Assembly (NCBI GenBank): GCA_964016885.1 | Contig: OZ024742.1 | Span: forward strand, 247,566,001-247,630,000 | Reading direction: 5' to 3' | Length of the DNA: 64,000 nt | Source of the DNA: Eledone cirrhosa | Lineage: Eukaryota | Shown: positions 35,365 to 48,147 of the stretch, one piece after another | Layout of the letters: the number at the start of each line of letters is the position of its first letter | Numbering within the stretch: position 1 is the first letter of the stretch | The notes under the pieces: model-generated | Seen by the model: the letters and a program-made list of their open reading frames with translations, nothing else | Told to the model about the DNA's origin: nothing | Database searches by the model: none | Translations under genes and position numbers: made by a program

Positions 35365-35973
35365 AGATACTATTTATAGTTATGTATGTATATACTATAC
35401 TATAAACAACTATAAACAGGGAAGGTCAGTAATTTATTACTACCTTATTACCAGTAAGAGAAACAGCTCAATGTAAGAACATCAGTTGTTTTACAGAGCA
35501 GTAATATAGAATACACAAGTATCAAAGTTATGTTAAAAACATTTAATCGCTGACAATTGTTTCTTCGAAACTTAGGCTTAGCGTCCTCAGAGCATTATCA
35601 ATGTTAGTACATATAATTAACCACCTATTCAACTGAAGAATCATACAGATACATATATATTGATGTTGTGGACAACAGTTTCATGTTTATAGTGTGGAAT
35701 GGATGCGACATATATTATATTATACGAGAATTGTACAATGTTTGTACAATTCTCGTATAATATAATATATGTCGCATCCATTCCACACTATAAACATGAA
35801 ACTGTTGTCCACAACATCAATATATATGTATCTGTTTGATTCTTCAGTTAAATAGGAGGTTAATTATATGTACAAACATTGATCATACTCCGATGACCCA
35901 AGCCTAAGTTTGGAAGAAACAATTGTCAGCGATTAAATGTTTTTAACATAACTTTGATACTTGTGTATTCTAT
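35360..35973 (-). mobile_element. Fold-back insertion (~235-bp arms) with HHR in each arm
   Basis: Arms ~35505-35738/35742-35973; unique tail to the left; (TA)n flanks. Confidence 0.8.
35545..35596 (-). ncRNA. Minimal type I hammerhead candidate (helix III CAATTG, GUC)
   Basis: Minus strand AATGCT-CTGAGGA-CGCTAAGCCTAAGTTTCGAA-GAAA-CAATTG-TC-AGCGATT. The mirror arm (35888-35934 +) has CCGATGA and a cleaner helix II CCAAGC/GTTTGG. Confidence 0.6.
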
Positions 35974-36057
35974 ATATATATATATATATATATAAATACA
36001 CCCCCCACACACACACCCACACACACACACATATATATATATATATGTATATATATA

Positions 36058-36980
36058 TAAAATTGCAAGTCTGAAAATATAAAATATATACAGTATTTCC
36101 TCTCCTAGTCCGTATAAATCAACCACATGAAAAATCATTTAAACGATGCTATAAGTTTATAATGTAATTATGAAGAAATAATAGACAAATTATACAGACT
36201 ATCTTTCGCGATGTACAGCCATGACATTTATCTAAATATTTCTTTTAGCCTGTAGAAATTGACTAAACAGATAATTAACTACACGGGGTTAGGTACAAAA
36301 TAGAAGTTTGAAGAACAAATACACAAACTTTACAAAAATTCCTCTAGTCCTGAGCACCGGCGGTTCATTCTACTTTTTGGATATATCCGATCTTGGATCT
36401 ATCCACGAGGCTTGGAACTCATCAAGAGATACCTCAGACTGGACTAAGTTTTTTCTACCATGATCCCCGCCAGAAATGAATTCAAAATGGTAGAAACAAC
36501 TTAGTTCAATCTGAGGTATCTCCTGAGGAGTTCCAAGCCTCGTGGATAGATGCAAGATCAGGAATATCCAAAATGTGGAAGGAAATCGCCGGTGGTCCGG
36601 ACTAGAAGAATTTTGGTAAAGTTTATATGCATTTTATCTTCAAACTTCTATTTTGTACCTAACCCCGTGTAGTTAATTATCTGTTTAGTCAATTTCTACG
36701 GGCAAAAAGAACTAATTAGATAATTGTCATATGGCTGTACTTCCCGGAAGATAGTCTGTATCATTTGTCTATTATTTCTCCATAGTTACATTATAAACTT
36801 AAAGCCTTGTTTAAATGATCTTTTATGAGGTTGATTTATACGGACTAGGAGAGGAAATACTGTATATATTTTATCTAATAGTTCTTCAGACTTGCAATTT
36901 TATATATAGATCTCATTAATGATTATTTGCTTAATTAATTCTTCATTGAGCCACACCGTGAAAGGTAGCCAAACTCATAT
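36058..36980 (+). mobile_element. Long imperfect fold-back (~400-bp arms) plus tail
   Basis: AAAATTGCAAGTCTGAA (36059) pairs with TTCAGACTTGCAATTTT (~36885-36901). Arms are colinear up to a loop at ~36462-36486, with many scattered mismatches. Confidence 0.8.
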
Positions 36981-36981
36981 A

Positions 36982-37050
36982 AGTATCTGTGACTATGTCT
37001 AATTATATATATATACCCCTTTTATAGATATAGATATTTATTTATTTATG

Positions 37051-37146
<96 letters not shown>

Positions 37147-37220
37147 TATATACATACATAAATAAATATCTATATCTATACAAATGGGTATATATATATA
37201 TAATTAGACATAGTCACAGA

Positions 37221-37224
<4 letters not shown>
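36982..37224. repeat. Inverted repeat centred on (TA)n
   Basis: AGTATCTGTGACTATGTCTAATT... (TA)n ...AATTAGACATAGTCACAGATACT. Confidence 0.85.
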
Positions 37225-37261
<37 letters not shown>

Positions 37262-37374
37262 TATAGAAGTGGTTACACAACAGTTAGTTCACCATACCGA
37301 GAACAATTGTTTCACCTTAGCGGATCCTCAGCTCGTAATGGACATGGTATATGGAAAAGGAAGGACAACCGTAC

Positions 37375-37606
37375 AAACTCGCGAGCCACGTATGGTCTCT
37401 CAAGGACTCAAGTATAGACTACTCCATCCAATGAAAAGCCATCACTAAGTCCAAGCAATCCGTCGTGTGGACTATGTATTGATGAAGGAATACATATTCT
37501 AAAGATATTACGCAATAATGATTGCTTAAACACGAGAAATGAATTCTTCACACGTTGTCCACACGTCTGGAAACACCTCTTACATAACTACAAAGCTCCG
37601 GATTGA
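37375..37606 (+). pseudogene. C-terminus of PLE GIY-YIG endonuclease (disrupted)
   Basis: [26 protein letters not shown], then a frameshift to CGLCIDEGIHILKILRNNDCLNTRNEFFTRCPHVWKHLLHNYKAPD*. This matches the LSxHxWxLKD..W..CxLCxxE..LNxRxE..CxH..KxLL pattern I recognise from invertebrate PLEs. In-frame TGA at 37432. Confidence 0.75.
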
Positions 37607-37774
37607 ATTACAACAACATCCTAATTTTCTTATCAACTAGAAACTTTTGGACTTTCGCAGTTATCTCCCTTACACCTTTCGCACGCAATTTAGTTTTGCC
37701 TGTGTGAAGTGAATGTTTCTTCGCATGCGCATTCGTACGGTTGTCCTTCCTGTTCCGTATAACCATGTCCATTA

Positions 37775-37812
37775 CGAGCTGAGGATCCGCTAAGGTGAAA
37801 CAATTGTTCTCG
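37775..37812 (+). ncRNA. Minimal type I hammerhead (mirror copy 37298-37335 on -)
   Basis: CGAG-CTGAGGA-T CC GCTAA GG T-GAAA-CAATTG-TT-CTCG; helix I extended by ACCAT/ATGGT; GUU triplet. Confidence 0.75.
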
Positions 37813-37910
37813 GTATGGTGAACTAACTGTTGCATAACCTCTTCTACCTAACTCGTCCCATGGACTGAGTGCTCTACCACTACGGATATTACCTTCCATA
37901 TATATATATA

Positions 37911-38535
37911 TGTAGTGACTAGCGCCATCTCTCCGGAGAACCAAAACTATTTGAAGTTACTTCCTCGTGGCCAGTATATAAGGGAGTGTTCTGACGTCAC
38001 TCGACCTCTCTTGCTCACTTACTCTCTTTGCCGGTTAACCCTTGAAGTGAACACATCGAGCGCAAGCATGCTAACCTTTTTCAACCATATCTTATAATTC
38101 AGGATTATACCTCGTCATGTCACGAGGTACATTTGGTTACCATATTTACATGCCTCAGTTATTACTTCAAATGTAGTGAGAGATAATTCTCACAAAAAGA
38201 AATTGTATGAAAAATTCTACTATATCTTATTTCTATTAAATTTAGTAGTTGGGATCCGGTGGTACTTACTGAAGTAAGTAACCCAGGGACCAACTCACTA
38301 AAAGTTGTGACCCCGTTTGAACATATATTTTCTATCGACGTCTGAACAAATAATTTCTACCGACGTTTGCATATATAATTTCTCCCGACGTTTTGAAAAA
38401 GAAAATCATCTCTCTCGACCAAAAGAGGGTAAGTGAGCAAGAGATGTCGAGTGACGTCAGAACACTCCCTTATATACTGGCCACGGGGAAGTAACTCCAA
38501 ATAGTTTTAGTTCCCCGGAGAGATGGCGCTAGTCA

Positions 38536-38540
<5 letters not shown>
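37911..38540. mobile_element. Non-autonomous DNA transposon/MITE with ~120-bp TIRs and TGT...ACA termini
   Basis: TGTAGTGACTAGCGCCATCTCTCCGG... at 37911 and ...CCGGAGAGATGGCGCTAGTCACTACA ending 38540; no clear TSD. Confidence 0.8.
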
Positions 38541-38588
<48 letters not shown>

Positions 38589-38761
38589 TATATATATATA
38601 TATATTTACTTATTCATTTATATAGATATATACATTCGTCTATTTGAAAAGTGTAACTCGAAGTATCACTTTAAACCAGGATGTCACACGGCACAATTTT
38701 GTATGTGTGAATGTGTATATATATATCTGCGTATATATGCATGTTTTAAGCGCATGCGATG

Positions 38762-38795
<34 letters not shown>

Positions 38796-39522
38796 TGGAT
38801 AAACATTGTTGTCTCTGAGCGAGACGATGCGAGATTATATTTGAATTCATAGAAAAATGAGAAAACCTCTCACTAGAACATCCGTTAAAAGAGCATATTG
38901 CTGTCAATGTTAGTGATGGGCCAAAAAGCCTCAGAGGATAGAGACCAGCGGTCAGCCGTCGGTAGAGAGACAGTCTACGATTGTGCGGATAGGCAGACGA
39001 GATATAGAAAAGGGGAGGAGATCATGAAGAGGTGTGTTGACAGAGAAGTCATTTTCTTTCCTATCTTTTTTTTTCGTTCTTCTATCTGTTTTGTTTGTTT
39101 TATCACACAGACACATCATACCAGGAGAAAGAAATATTTACATTTACTGTTGCACGATCCAGCATTTTACAATGGTGCTCTCAATTAAATCGTGCGAAAA
39201 CATTTTGCTGGTTTGAGAGCCTTTTTTAATTTATTCTTCCAGTCACTTCTATGTCCAAACGCACTTCTTGTTGTATTACACCTCTCTCAATCTTTTCTAT
39301 ATTGTATCTTCCTGTCACCCACCTCGTCTCTGCCCACTGAGGCATTTTCTTCCATCGCTGCACTTAACTGCACTTGGTTGTGCTAATGGCTGTTCTAGCG
39401 ATGCGTTTTATCATTCTTCTATGAATTTATATATATATATATATATATACGCGTATATATATAAAATATATTCATATATATATATATATATATATTTATA
39501 TACGTGTGTGTGGGGGTGTATA

Positions 39523-39593
<71 letters not shown>

Positions 39594-39606
39594 TTGTGTG
39601 TGTGTT

Positions 39607-39704
<98 letters not shown>

Positions 39705-40096
39705 AGTTTGTGTTTATGTGTGTACGTAAATTTTTTATTTGAAATAAATCTCCGCGGCCATGTATTGGTGTATATGTATTTGCATGCGTGTGTTTCAACT
39801 CCATTTAGAGGTATGTGTGGATTTCTATGCTGAGACAGAGTTATATATGTATGTATGTGTTTTCATCTACGTGGTTGTATATGTTTGTGTGTGTGTTTAT
39901 ACATATACGGCCATGTTCATATTGATTTTGTTTCTTTTTTTTTTCATTTATCTGTATTAAAAATTTGGGGATTTTGAAAATCTATGGAAAATGATATTCT
40001 CTAGAAGCTATTGGAAAATATAGAGAAGATATCGAGAGATGAAATATTGATTTTGAGAAAGCAGAGCTAGAAAGTGAGAGAGAGAGAAAGAGAAGT

Positions 40097-40129
<33 letters not shown>

Positions 40130-40471
40130 CAGTAGAGTATGAATGAGAGAGATGTAGAGAAAAAGAAAAACAGAGTGAGAGAGATATATATAGAATGTGA
40201 GGGAGGTAGGCAGTGGGTCGTTTGATTTTTTGTGAATGAAATCAAGAATGAGACATGGGAAAATATATCAAAACACAAAACATAAAATCCTTTGTGTGTA
40301 TTTGTGTATGTATGAATATGTATGTATGCATGTATGTATGTAAGTATGTATGCATATATGTATGTATGTGTATATGCACACATACACACACGCACACATA
40401 TATATATATATACACACACATACACATACACACACACACCCATATATATATGTATGTATATATGTATGTAT

Positions 40472-40556
40472 ATATTGGGTCGTCAAGTATGAAATGTGTA
40501 GGAATTTGTTTAGCCTCTACAAATTTCTACAAATTTCATACTTACGACCCAATATC
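40472..40556. repeat. Short fold-back (~38-bp arms) next to TA-rich tract
   Basis: TATTGGGTCGTCAAGTATGAAATGTGTAGGAATTTGT / ACAAATTTCTACAAATTTCATACTTACGACCCAATA. Confidence 0.75.
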
Positions 40557-41799
40557 TTCAGTTACCAAGCATTAGGGGAACGAGATACATGACTGGTGAT
40601 ACACACAAAGGCAGTGATCCTACCACTATACTACAATACTAAACTACTGCTATAATTCAGTACTACATGTAGTCAGACATACAAATTATTTTGAGAAAAC
40701 ACTAATCAAATTGGCTTTCGTAACTCAGCGTTTGGAGGAACTGATTATACGAAAACAGAGTTAATTTTTTCTCTAATCTGCAGCTAATAAGTTATTTTCT
40801 GAGCTGGAAACATGCACCACAGCTATGTAATTAGAGTTAAAGAAAACAATAAAAACACAACTTCAACAAAATCTACAGCAACAACATCAGCAGCAGCACA
40901 ACAAGATCTAAAGCAACCCCACCAAATATAGCAACAAAAAACAAATCATGAATAAGTAGAAGAATAACAACAACAACAAATATAAAACTCTGCCCTCTTT
41001 AACTCTTCACGATTTTCAGCTTCAATACGGAATGAGAGTAGAGAGTTGGGACAACAAAACATTAACAACGATAATGATAACTGAAATAACAATAGTAGTA
41101 GCACAAATCTTAAAATGTTCAAAGGCTCTAGTCTCTGATAGGTCAATGAGTGATACTTTATAAAGCAGTGGAGACTTCTGGTGTCCTTGGCCCTAGGGCT
41201 ACCTCCCTACTCACCCCCATAGGCCTCTGAGCTGGCCAGTCGCAGGTGTGAGCATCGCGTATTGGAATGGCTCTTCCAGCGCATCTCCCTTACCCTCCTC
41301 CGGGGAAACACATTCTCCATTATGTCCGCGAGGGGCTGTGGGGAGGCCAGCACGTGGGACCCACTTTGCTCACCAGACAGAGAGATGGGGGGGGGGGGGG
41401 GGGCGAGAGATGGAAGCGTTGACAGTGGTATTTCGGGTCTCCCACGTTCGGACCATATCGTTGTGGTTGTGTTCATTATCTATAGAGTTCATTCATTTAC
41501 ACATCAGAAATCCATGATATTATCAGACTGCTAGCTGAATGATCTCCCAGCACAAATCTCCTGTCATATGAAAAACAATACACCAAAATGAAGATATTGT
41601 AAACGTAGCCCAAGATATTAATCTACAAACAGGACTAGTTAGTGATGAAATCCATGTATTACAGGACAACTGGATCACATCTGAAGTAGCTCAAAACAAC
41701 AACAATGACAACAGCAAGAAACACAACAGCAACAACATTAGCAATAGGTTTAACAGTAGTGTAGAGAGGGACGACAACAACAACACTGCTGACAACAGT

Positions 41800-42335
41800 A
41801 ACTATATGCGGCAAAGCATGTTGTCCAACACCCTACCGATACTGCCAATGCACCACCCCAATAGTAACAACAATAATAGCGGATTCTGATTTAAGCGCAG
41901 GCCAACAATTTCAAGGGAAGGGAAAAGTCAGTTAAATAGACCGCAGTGCATTACTGGTAAATTTATTTTATCGATCCCGTTAGGATGAAAGGCAAAGCTA
42001 ACCGCCGCAGGATTTGAACTGAGAACGTAAAGGGATGTGACTATATACTGCAAAGCATGTTGTCCGATGCTCTACCTATATTGCCAATCCACCTCTCTAA
42101 CACTAACACCAATAATGATTTCAGATTTAGGCACAAGTTCAACAAATTTGGGGACGGGGAACATTGATGAAACCGACCCCAGTGCATTACTGGTACTTTA
42201 TTTTATCGACCCCGTAAGGATGAAGGGCAAAGTTAAGCTCGGCAGGATTTGAACTCAGATCGTAAAGGGCCGTAACTCTATGCCATGAAGCATGTTGTCC
42301 GATGCTCTACCGATATTGCCAATCCACCTCCCTAA
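41800..42335 (-). mobile_element. Tandem cluster of tRNA-head SINEs (one partial, two full)
   Basis: Family sequence at ~41800-41858, ~41885-42095 and ~42118-42332. Confidence 0.75.
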
Positions 42336-42658
42336 CACTAACAATAACAATAACACATATAACAAGAACAATAACGACAATAGCAACAACAACTAATGAG
42401 TAGAGAGTAGAATGCTGGAGATTGAGGGCGTGGGGTTGTTTGGGTAGTTGAGTGTAGAATACGAAATGTGGAGTGTGTAATATAGGGGTGGCTGAATGGC
42501 GGTTGTGGGAGAGTTTGTGTAGAATGTGTGATGTGGAGTGTATATTGTGATGTGTAGGAGTTCGTGTGGTAGGTCGCTGAGTGTAGAACTGGGAATGTGA
42601 AGTGCATAATGTGGGTACGCAATGTGTAGCTTACTGGATGGGGATTATAAAGAATGAG

Positions 42659-42700
<42 letters not shown>

Positions 42701-42705
42701 ATTTC

Positions 42706-42746
<41 letters not shown>

Positions 42747-43473
42747 CCACATGTCTGATCGCTGCGGAGGAAAGTTATTATATGGAAACACACACACATA
42801 CACACACACACGCGCAAACACATACACATACATACACAGAAAAACCACATACACACACAGATACACACACACACACGCACATACACACAGATACACACAT
42901 ACTCACACACACATACACACACATACGCACACACACACACACAGGTGAAGGAAGTGGTGCAATATATTACTCGCTGTCTCCACATCAGTGCTGTTCAATA
43001 ATCCGAAGACAACAAATACATAATCTTTATATCGATTACCATTTGTGTCGACAGATTTAAAGGCCCCCACCCCATCTATCCAATAATACATACAATACAG
43101 CAGTTACTGGGTCAGGAGGTATTTGTTGGGGGTACTGGTGGGGAGACACTCAGTAATTCCTCTCTATATATCTTACCACAGCAACAAAATAACAATAATT
43201 GTAGTAACAACACCAATAATGAAAATAATGATAGTGATGGTGGTGGTGGTGGTAGTGGTGATGATGGTGATGGTGGCTGCGGTGGTGATTATAATTAGGA
43301 TGAACTCGATGATGATAGAGTTGGTGATTATCATCATGATGATGATGTTGGTAACGTGCCCTTAAAAATGTTGCTTCTGCTGCTACTGCTGTTCTACATA
43401 CACGCACACACATACGCACGCGCACGCACACACACACACACACACGCACACACACACACGCACACGCACACGT

Positions 43474-43506
<33 letters not shown>

Positions 43507-43637
43507 ATAATAATAATTGGGTCTACTTTTGGCACAAGGCCAGCAATAACCCAGTACATTACTGGTACTTTATTAATAATAATTGAATGAAGTGACAAGA
43601 GGCCGGAAAGTTGCGATTCCTTTAAAGTATTTATTTC

Positions 43638-43700
43638 TGCAGACACTATATATATTTCAATGGCCATCAGAATTCCTGCGATATCATCAGGTGCATTGCA
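43638..43700 (-). ncRNA. Possible minimal hammerhead (helix III TATATA)
   Basis: Minus strand TGCAATGCAC-CTGATGA-...-GAAA-TATATA-TA-GTGTCTGCA; base of helix II is weak. Confidence 0.4.
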
Positions 43701-43876
43701 TTACAATCACAAAAGAATCATGGTATCCAGAGGTCCGTCGAGCTTTTGGTTCAACAGTCGGACCAGATCGATACAGATCGAATCTTGAGCTGATCAATAG
43801 TGAAACACGCTTCACCAATCAATAAACGTAATGAAGGCTTAACAAATCGTCCTTGTATTATTATCATTATATTATT

Positions 43877-43919
<43 letters not shown>

Positions 43920-45387
43920 GACGTAAAATAAGAAAATTATAATAATTAACTTACTTAGATTTCACTCCAACTAATTAGTTTCTGAAAGTGAATAAACATG
44001 GTCTCCAAATGGAGACTTCTCCATTTGGAGATCATGTTTTTATCCTTAATTGGTGACATTTTCTAACAGCTAAGACTTTCAGAGTGAGTCTCTAGTATGT
44101 TTATTATACAGAAACCTATCACATTTGCTTTCATATACATTCATACACGATGCGTATTACGTAGGTATTGTTCCTAAAGGATTGGCATCTGTATCAGCTG
44201 TGCTATATCAATGAAGTACCACAAATGTGTTGTTCAGAAAAGAGTTACTTGTGTCTGTTGTGCTGAAATAATACAGAGATATTCTTCATTTAAAAAATAC
44301 GACTAAGTCAGTTGCAGTATAGTACTAAAATCCTATAGAGGTATTCATGGTAGAAGAATTGCTATGGCGGTAGGAAATATGAACCTGGTGAATTTCCAGA
44401 GACATTAGAGCATCCTGTTAAATACATCGGTATTTGCTCCGTCCTACTGAGCTCTGCGTTCATACCCCGCTGGGGTTAACTTTGCCTCTTCTGCTTTCAA
44501 TGTCGATAAATAAAAGTATTAGTCTAGTAATGTGTCAAGTTTCTGTTTCTATCGCTCGCTATCCTTCTCTGGAATAAATGTTCAGAACTTGATAGGGATG
44601 GGCTCCGCCATATTAAAGTGCTCACGACAACTACGAGCACATCAGTAATAAAGCGACATTTCATTTCCTACACAGAAATATATTTCAGAGAAGATATACT
44701 ACACTAAGTAGAAAACGATAGCGAAGTTATTTTAGCAATATATGTTTTAGTAATAAAAACAACACTGGACAAAGACATGACTGAGGGGTTAAGAAGTTAG
44801 CCTCGAAATCATTACGTGAACAGATCTCTTTAGCATAGTCTCGAGTCCATCCACGTCCAATGAATGAAATCGATGAGGCAGAACTGTTGATGTGAACTGT
44901 ATCTGTATTTCAAAGGTCTAGTTTTGTCACATGCTGTATCGCGCTGATGCTGCCTGAAAATTGCGTTATATGTAGAATACTCAGCCACGTACGCTATGAT
45001 ACAAAAAAAAATGTACCTCCATTTGAAAGGTGGAAACTAGCAGGCTGACACTGCCTGAAAATAAAGCTTCTCTCGTATATACAGAGTGTATTCAAAGTAA
45101 ATCGGATATTTATTTGAATGCACATAGTCGACACCGACGGAGTACTCATCAATAAAATAACAAGCTTAAAAAACTAAAAAGTGTCCGCAATCGATTCAAC
45201 AAGCATACGCGCTGATCTGACATATGCTTGACATATATCATGATGGAACTTACTCAGCTATGTCTGAAATAAAGAATATATTACCATTTCAGAAAAGGTT
45301 TTAGATAACGAAGAAAATTTGTCAGTCGTGTATAGTGTTGTGTTTATTTATATATAGAAGTATAATAAACCAAAAGAGATATGTTTT

Positions 45388-45438
<51 letters not shown>

Positions 45439-45571
45439 TGTATACTGTATCTATGTGTGTCAGTATATATTATGTTTTTAATGAAATTGGTTTTTAAATG
45501 AAATATGTTTTAATGAAATAGGTTTTTAAATGAAATAGGTTTTTAAATGAAATTATATACATATATTACAT

Positions 45572-45682
<111 letters not shown>

Positions 45683-45914
45683 ACATGCGTGTATCTATGT
45701 GTTTCAGTGTATATACAGTTTTTAATGAAATAGGCTTTCAAATGAAATTATAAATGTAGCTGACAATCACGAAGTGAAGACCTTAATGAACGGTGTGTCT
45801 AGTTACCGTCTTCTCGTTACTTAAACCTCACATTCTAATTATAAGGACAGAATATAGACATATGTACATAGACATAGATATAGGCACAGACAGACAGACA
45901 CACAGACAGACAGA

Positions 45915-45977
<63 letters not shown>

Positions 45978-46124
45978 GTACGTATTTAAAAACATTCAGG
46001 TTTAACTGTATGTATTTATATATTAATGTTTGTATATATTTATATATCTATTTGTGCGGGTATATTTTGTGAATATTTTTACATATATACATATATTAAT
46101 ATGTGTGTGCTTAAATATATCTAT

Positions 46125-46195
<71 letters not shown>

Positions 46196-46237
46196 CCCAT
46201 ATATCGATATATATATAATATAAATACATACCGATAT

Positions 46238-46274
<37 letters not shown>

Positions 46275-46299
46275 TGTATATATAAATATATATATATAA

Positions 46300-46413
<114 letters not shown>

Positions 46414-46581
46414 GTGAGTGTATGCATGTATGTACGTATGGGATAGGAAGAGAAGGAAATGAAAGTAAGAGGAAGTGTCTAGATGAAAATGTGTCTATCA
46501 TTGGTCACGGAATATTTTAAACATTCTTTTTTAGTGAAACCAAATCTGCGTTCTCTCTCTCTCACTCTCTCTCACTCTCTT

Positions 46582-46668
<87 letters not shown>

Positions 46669-47005
46669 GTACGCACACACCCTCGGACAGAAACACTTAA
46701 AGAAAGACATTCACAAACACACGCATATATATATATAAACTTTTGATATGAAAATTTAGAATTGCTTTCACTGTTTGTGAGGTGTCGTGCTATTCATATC
46801 TTTTCTCTTTGAATTATGGCATATCATTGAAATTTACGTTTCGAGGTTACGTTTAAACTGTTTTAACCAATAGGCCGCGGCCATGTTTAGATACTGGTTT
46901 CAATGATTTTCATCACTTTTATCGATACCAGTACCTTGTCTGCAGCCTGTAATACGTATCCCGAGTGAAAACATAAGACAAAAGTGATCGTTTGTTTGTT
47001 GGGAA

Positions 47006-47185
47006 AATAATTGTTTCTACTTTTGGCACAAGGCCAGCAATTATCAGTGCATTACTGGTACTTTATTTATCGCCCCCGTAAGGATGTCGGCAAAGTTAAC
47101 CTCGGCGGGATTTGAACTCAGATCGTAAAGGGACGTAACTATGCTGGAAAGCATAGCGTCCGACCTTCTACTGATATTGCCAATC
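47006..47185 (-). mobile_element. tRNA-head SINE
   Basis: Family sequence; TGTTGGGAAAATAAT occurs on both sides (possible TSD, ~46997-47011 and ~47189-47203). Confidence 0.8.
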
Positions 47186-48147
47186 CTCTGTTGGGAAAAT
47201 AATGACGGATGGAACTACCACAAGGTATTTCAATCTCATGCCCTTGCTTTGAACAAGGCAATCATTATGTCATGAGGATCTTTGTTGATAGATTCTCTAC
47301 TTTCTTTTATCAACCACAAATGGATGAAAGTCAATGTTGACATAGTATGATTTAAATATAGAATGTAAAGTGTCTGTGCAAAGTGTAACAATTCACCCAG
47401 TCAACCGTCTTTAACACCATACCTTAACACCTTCTGCTAATATTTGTACCAAGATTTCAGCTGTTACAAAAGGGATCCTGTACCAGAATTCGTTGGTGTC
47501 TGTTTTCCTCACCTCACCAAGATATAGTACATCTTATCTCATTTTTTCTCTGTTGGCTTTACCCTTGTTTTCACCGTTGTTGTTATTGTTGTTGTCGCTG
47601 TTATCGCTATCTAATCTATAACATAGGAAGGTCTGCGGGACTGCGTACGGTTTTTTTTTTTTTATCCCATTAGTAAAATAAGTTGGATTACTTTGAATAA
47701 ATAATGAATGAATATTACATAAGTTATCTACTAAATTTCGTAAACAAAAATAATTTCGTAAAAATAAATAATTTAAAAATGACTTCTTTTCAAAGTTGCA
47801 CTTCCGTTATACTTCAACTACCATATATATAGAAAGGTGTGATGTCAACACTTCCGGTGGCGATCACTTAAATAAACATACTAATTTTCTGTCACTAATT
47901 TTCTCCTAATGCAGTTTATATATAATATCGTCTTTTTTTAATGTATCATGGATTACGTTACTGATTAAATAAGACGGTGTAACACAGTCTTCGTTCAATT
48001 TCTGTTTATATTGGCAATTACGATTTTATTTGATGTATCATATCTACATGTATATATACTTGCGTATAATATCAATATACACACTACACATGCTAGCAGA
48101 AAACCACCCGAACGGTGGTTTTTCTGATAGTAATTAATAATGTTGCA

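Larger units (their letters stand above)
37265..37897 (+). mobile_element. 5'-truncated, 5'-inverted Penelope-like element
   Basis: Inverted pLTR-like segment 37265-37374, endonuclease C-terminus 37375-37606, 3' UTR, HHR-bearing repeat ~37735-37845, tail, then (TA)n. Confidence 0.8.

Noticed and set aside
36515-36600. CTGAGGA...GGAAA as hammerhead within the long hairpin
   Set aside because: No UH site with a matching helix I could be formed.
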